From Lama glama (taxonomy: Eukaryota), in NCBI GenBank assembly GCA_028534125.1, contig CM052816.1:83082001-83146000 (forward strand): 64,000 bases of DNA, given 5' to 3'. This document shows positions 62,871 through 64,000 of the stretch, piece after piece. Position numbers and translations under genes: made by a program. The notes under the pieces are model-generated. The model saw nothing but the letters and a program-made list of their open reading frames with translations. It had not been told where the DNA came from and ran no database searches. How positions within the stretch are numbered: position 1 is the first letter of the stretch; the number at the start of each line of letters is the position of its first letter.

Positions 62871-64000
62871 TGAAAGGACCTAAAAAAAATGTAAGTTATG
62901 ACAGTATGTTCTAGAAATTGTTTTATAAATGATATTAACATTTTTAAATAACCCTCTGATTAAACGAAACTCAGCACTTAATCCTGGATATTTCAATGTA
63001 GTATCCAGAGATATGCTTTGGTTTACACATATGCAGAGCTTTGCTGCTTTCAAATATACAGACATACCTCTAACAAGTGAAACTGACTAAAGGCAGAGAT
63101 GTTTATAGTTACCAAGTTTATTCAAGGACAGATCATTAAGAAGACTCTTCTCATGTGATGGTTGACCAGTGATATTCTCACATTCTGCAGTCACTGCTGG
63201 TTCTGAAATCGTTTTCGTGTTGTGCCACTTGGTCCGCACTTTTCTGCAAAAATCCCTTCTGACAGAACGACATCAAACGAAACCATGTTGTTTCCTTAAG
63301 CAAAAAGGACAGAGCTGTGGCTGGCCAGCCTTTACGAGTGCCAACAGCATTTCTTTCTAAAGCACCTGCTGTTACACATCAGCCTCTGTTGGCAAAGGAC
63401 ATAGACAATGACAGCAATTCTTTTTTATTATTATTCCTTTCCAGTATGTGAAAGCAGGGTAATGAATTTTATACAGGCAGCATTAATTTATGGCATGCAG
63501 ACAAGCACTTGCATCCTTAACCTCCAGACTCATGAATCGTAAATATTACTGTAGAAGGTAAGAGAACAAGTAGCTGCTATGGAAAGTAATTGACAGGCAA
63601 GACCACAAAAAGGATTCAGTTCCGAAGGTATTCACAATCACAGAACACTGGATGTGAAGCAGAAAATGAGATATGCACTCAGAAAAAGAAAACTAGTTAC
63701 AACAGACTCGCTCATCGTTTTATTTTTATCAGATACTTCTGTCGTTTTTTTCCCTGTCATTTTTCTAATCACATTTGATTTATGAAAATAAAATCTGATT
63801 TTTAAGAATTCCACATTCTGTTTATATGTAGGTCAACTAGGCAGATCTTACCCCCTACCCCTCTATAAAATGTATGCAATTAAATGCTTCCTTTGGTTCT
63901 TGTCCTGAGGTCCTGGTGATCACCTGTGAACATCCTGCAGTTTTATCCTCAGAAATGTTCAAGTTTTCAATACCAGTCTTTGTCACAGGGCTGTGTTGTC

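Noticed and set aside
1..64000. Prokaryotic systems (CRISPR, operons, defence islands, rRNA/tRNA)
   Set aside because: The sequence is mammalian repeat-rich non-coding DNA with no regularly spaced repeats, gene-dense ORFs or recognisable structural RNAs

Overview
This is AT-rich, CpG-depleted mammalian genomic DNA, not prokaryotic. I see no intact protein-coding gene, RNA gene or CRISPR array. Where I recognise an ORF-track entry, it is decayed LINE-1 ORF2 or ERVL gag/pol; the rest look like chance ORFs or artefacts of a 500-N gap (5337-5836). Roughly half the window is interspersed repeat: L1 of several ages, L2, MIR, MaLR (MLT1), ERVL (MLT2, MER21-like, MER54-like, gag and pol remnants), ERV1-type solo LTRs with 4-bp TSDs, and hAT-Charlie MERs. 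The young L1 3' UTRs are of cetartiodactyl type and I see no ruminant, pig or whale SINEs, so a camelid source is my inference. The best non-repeat signal is a candidate interferon-responsive Pol II promoter and non-coding first exon on + (triple-GAAA IRF/ISRE 33976-33993, TATA 34141, donor after 34303), with an LTR-borne GAS motif upstream. Other signals are an exact 29-bp repeat 3 kb apart in unique DNA, an RFX X-box cluster near 57 kb, an IRF/CpG cluster near 63 kb and two small candidate exons. Repeat subfamily names come from my recollection of consensus sequences and need RepeatMasker/Dfam confirmation. I cannot identify the host gene and I do not see evidence for a wholly new biological system.
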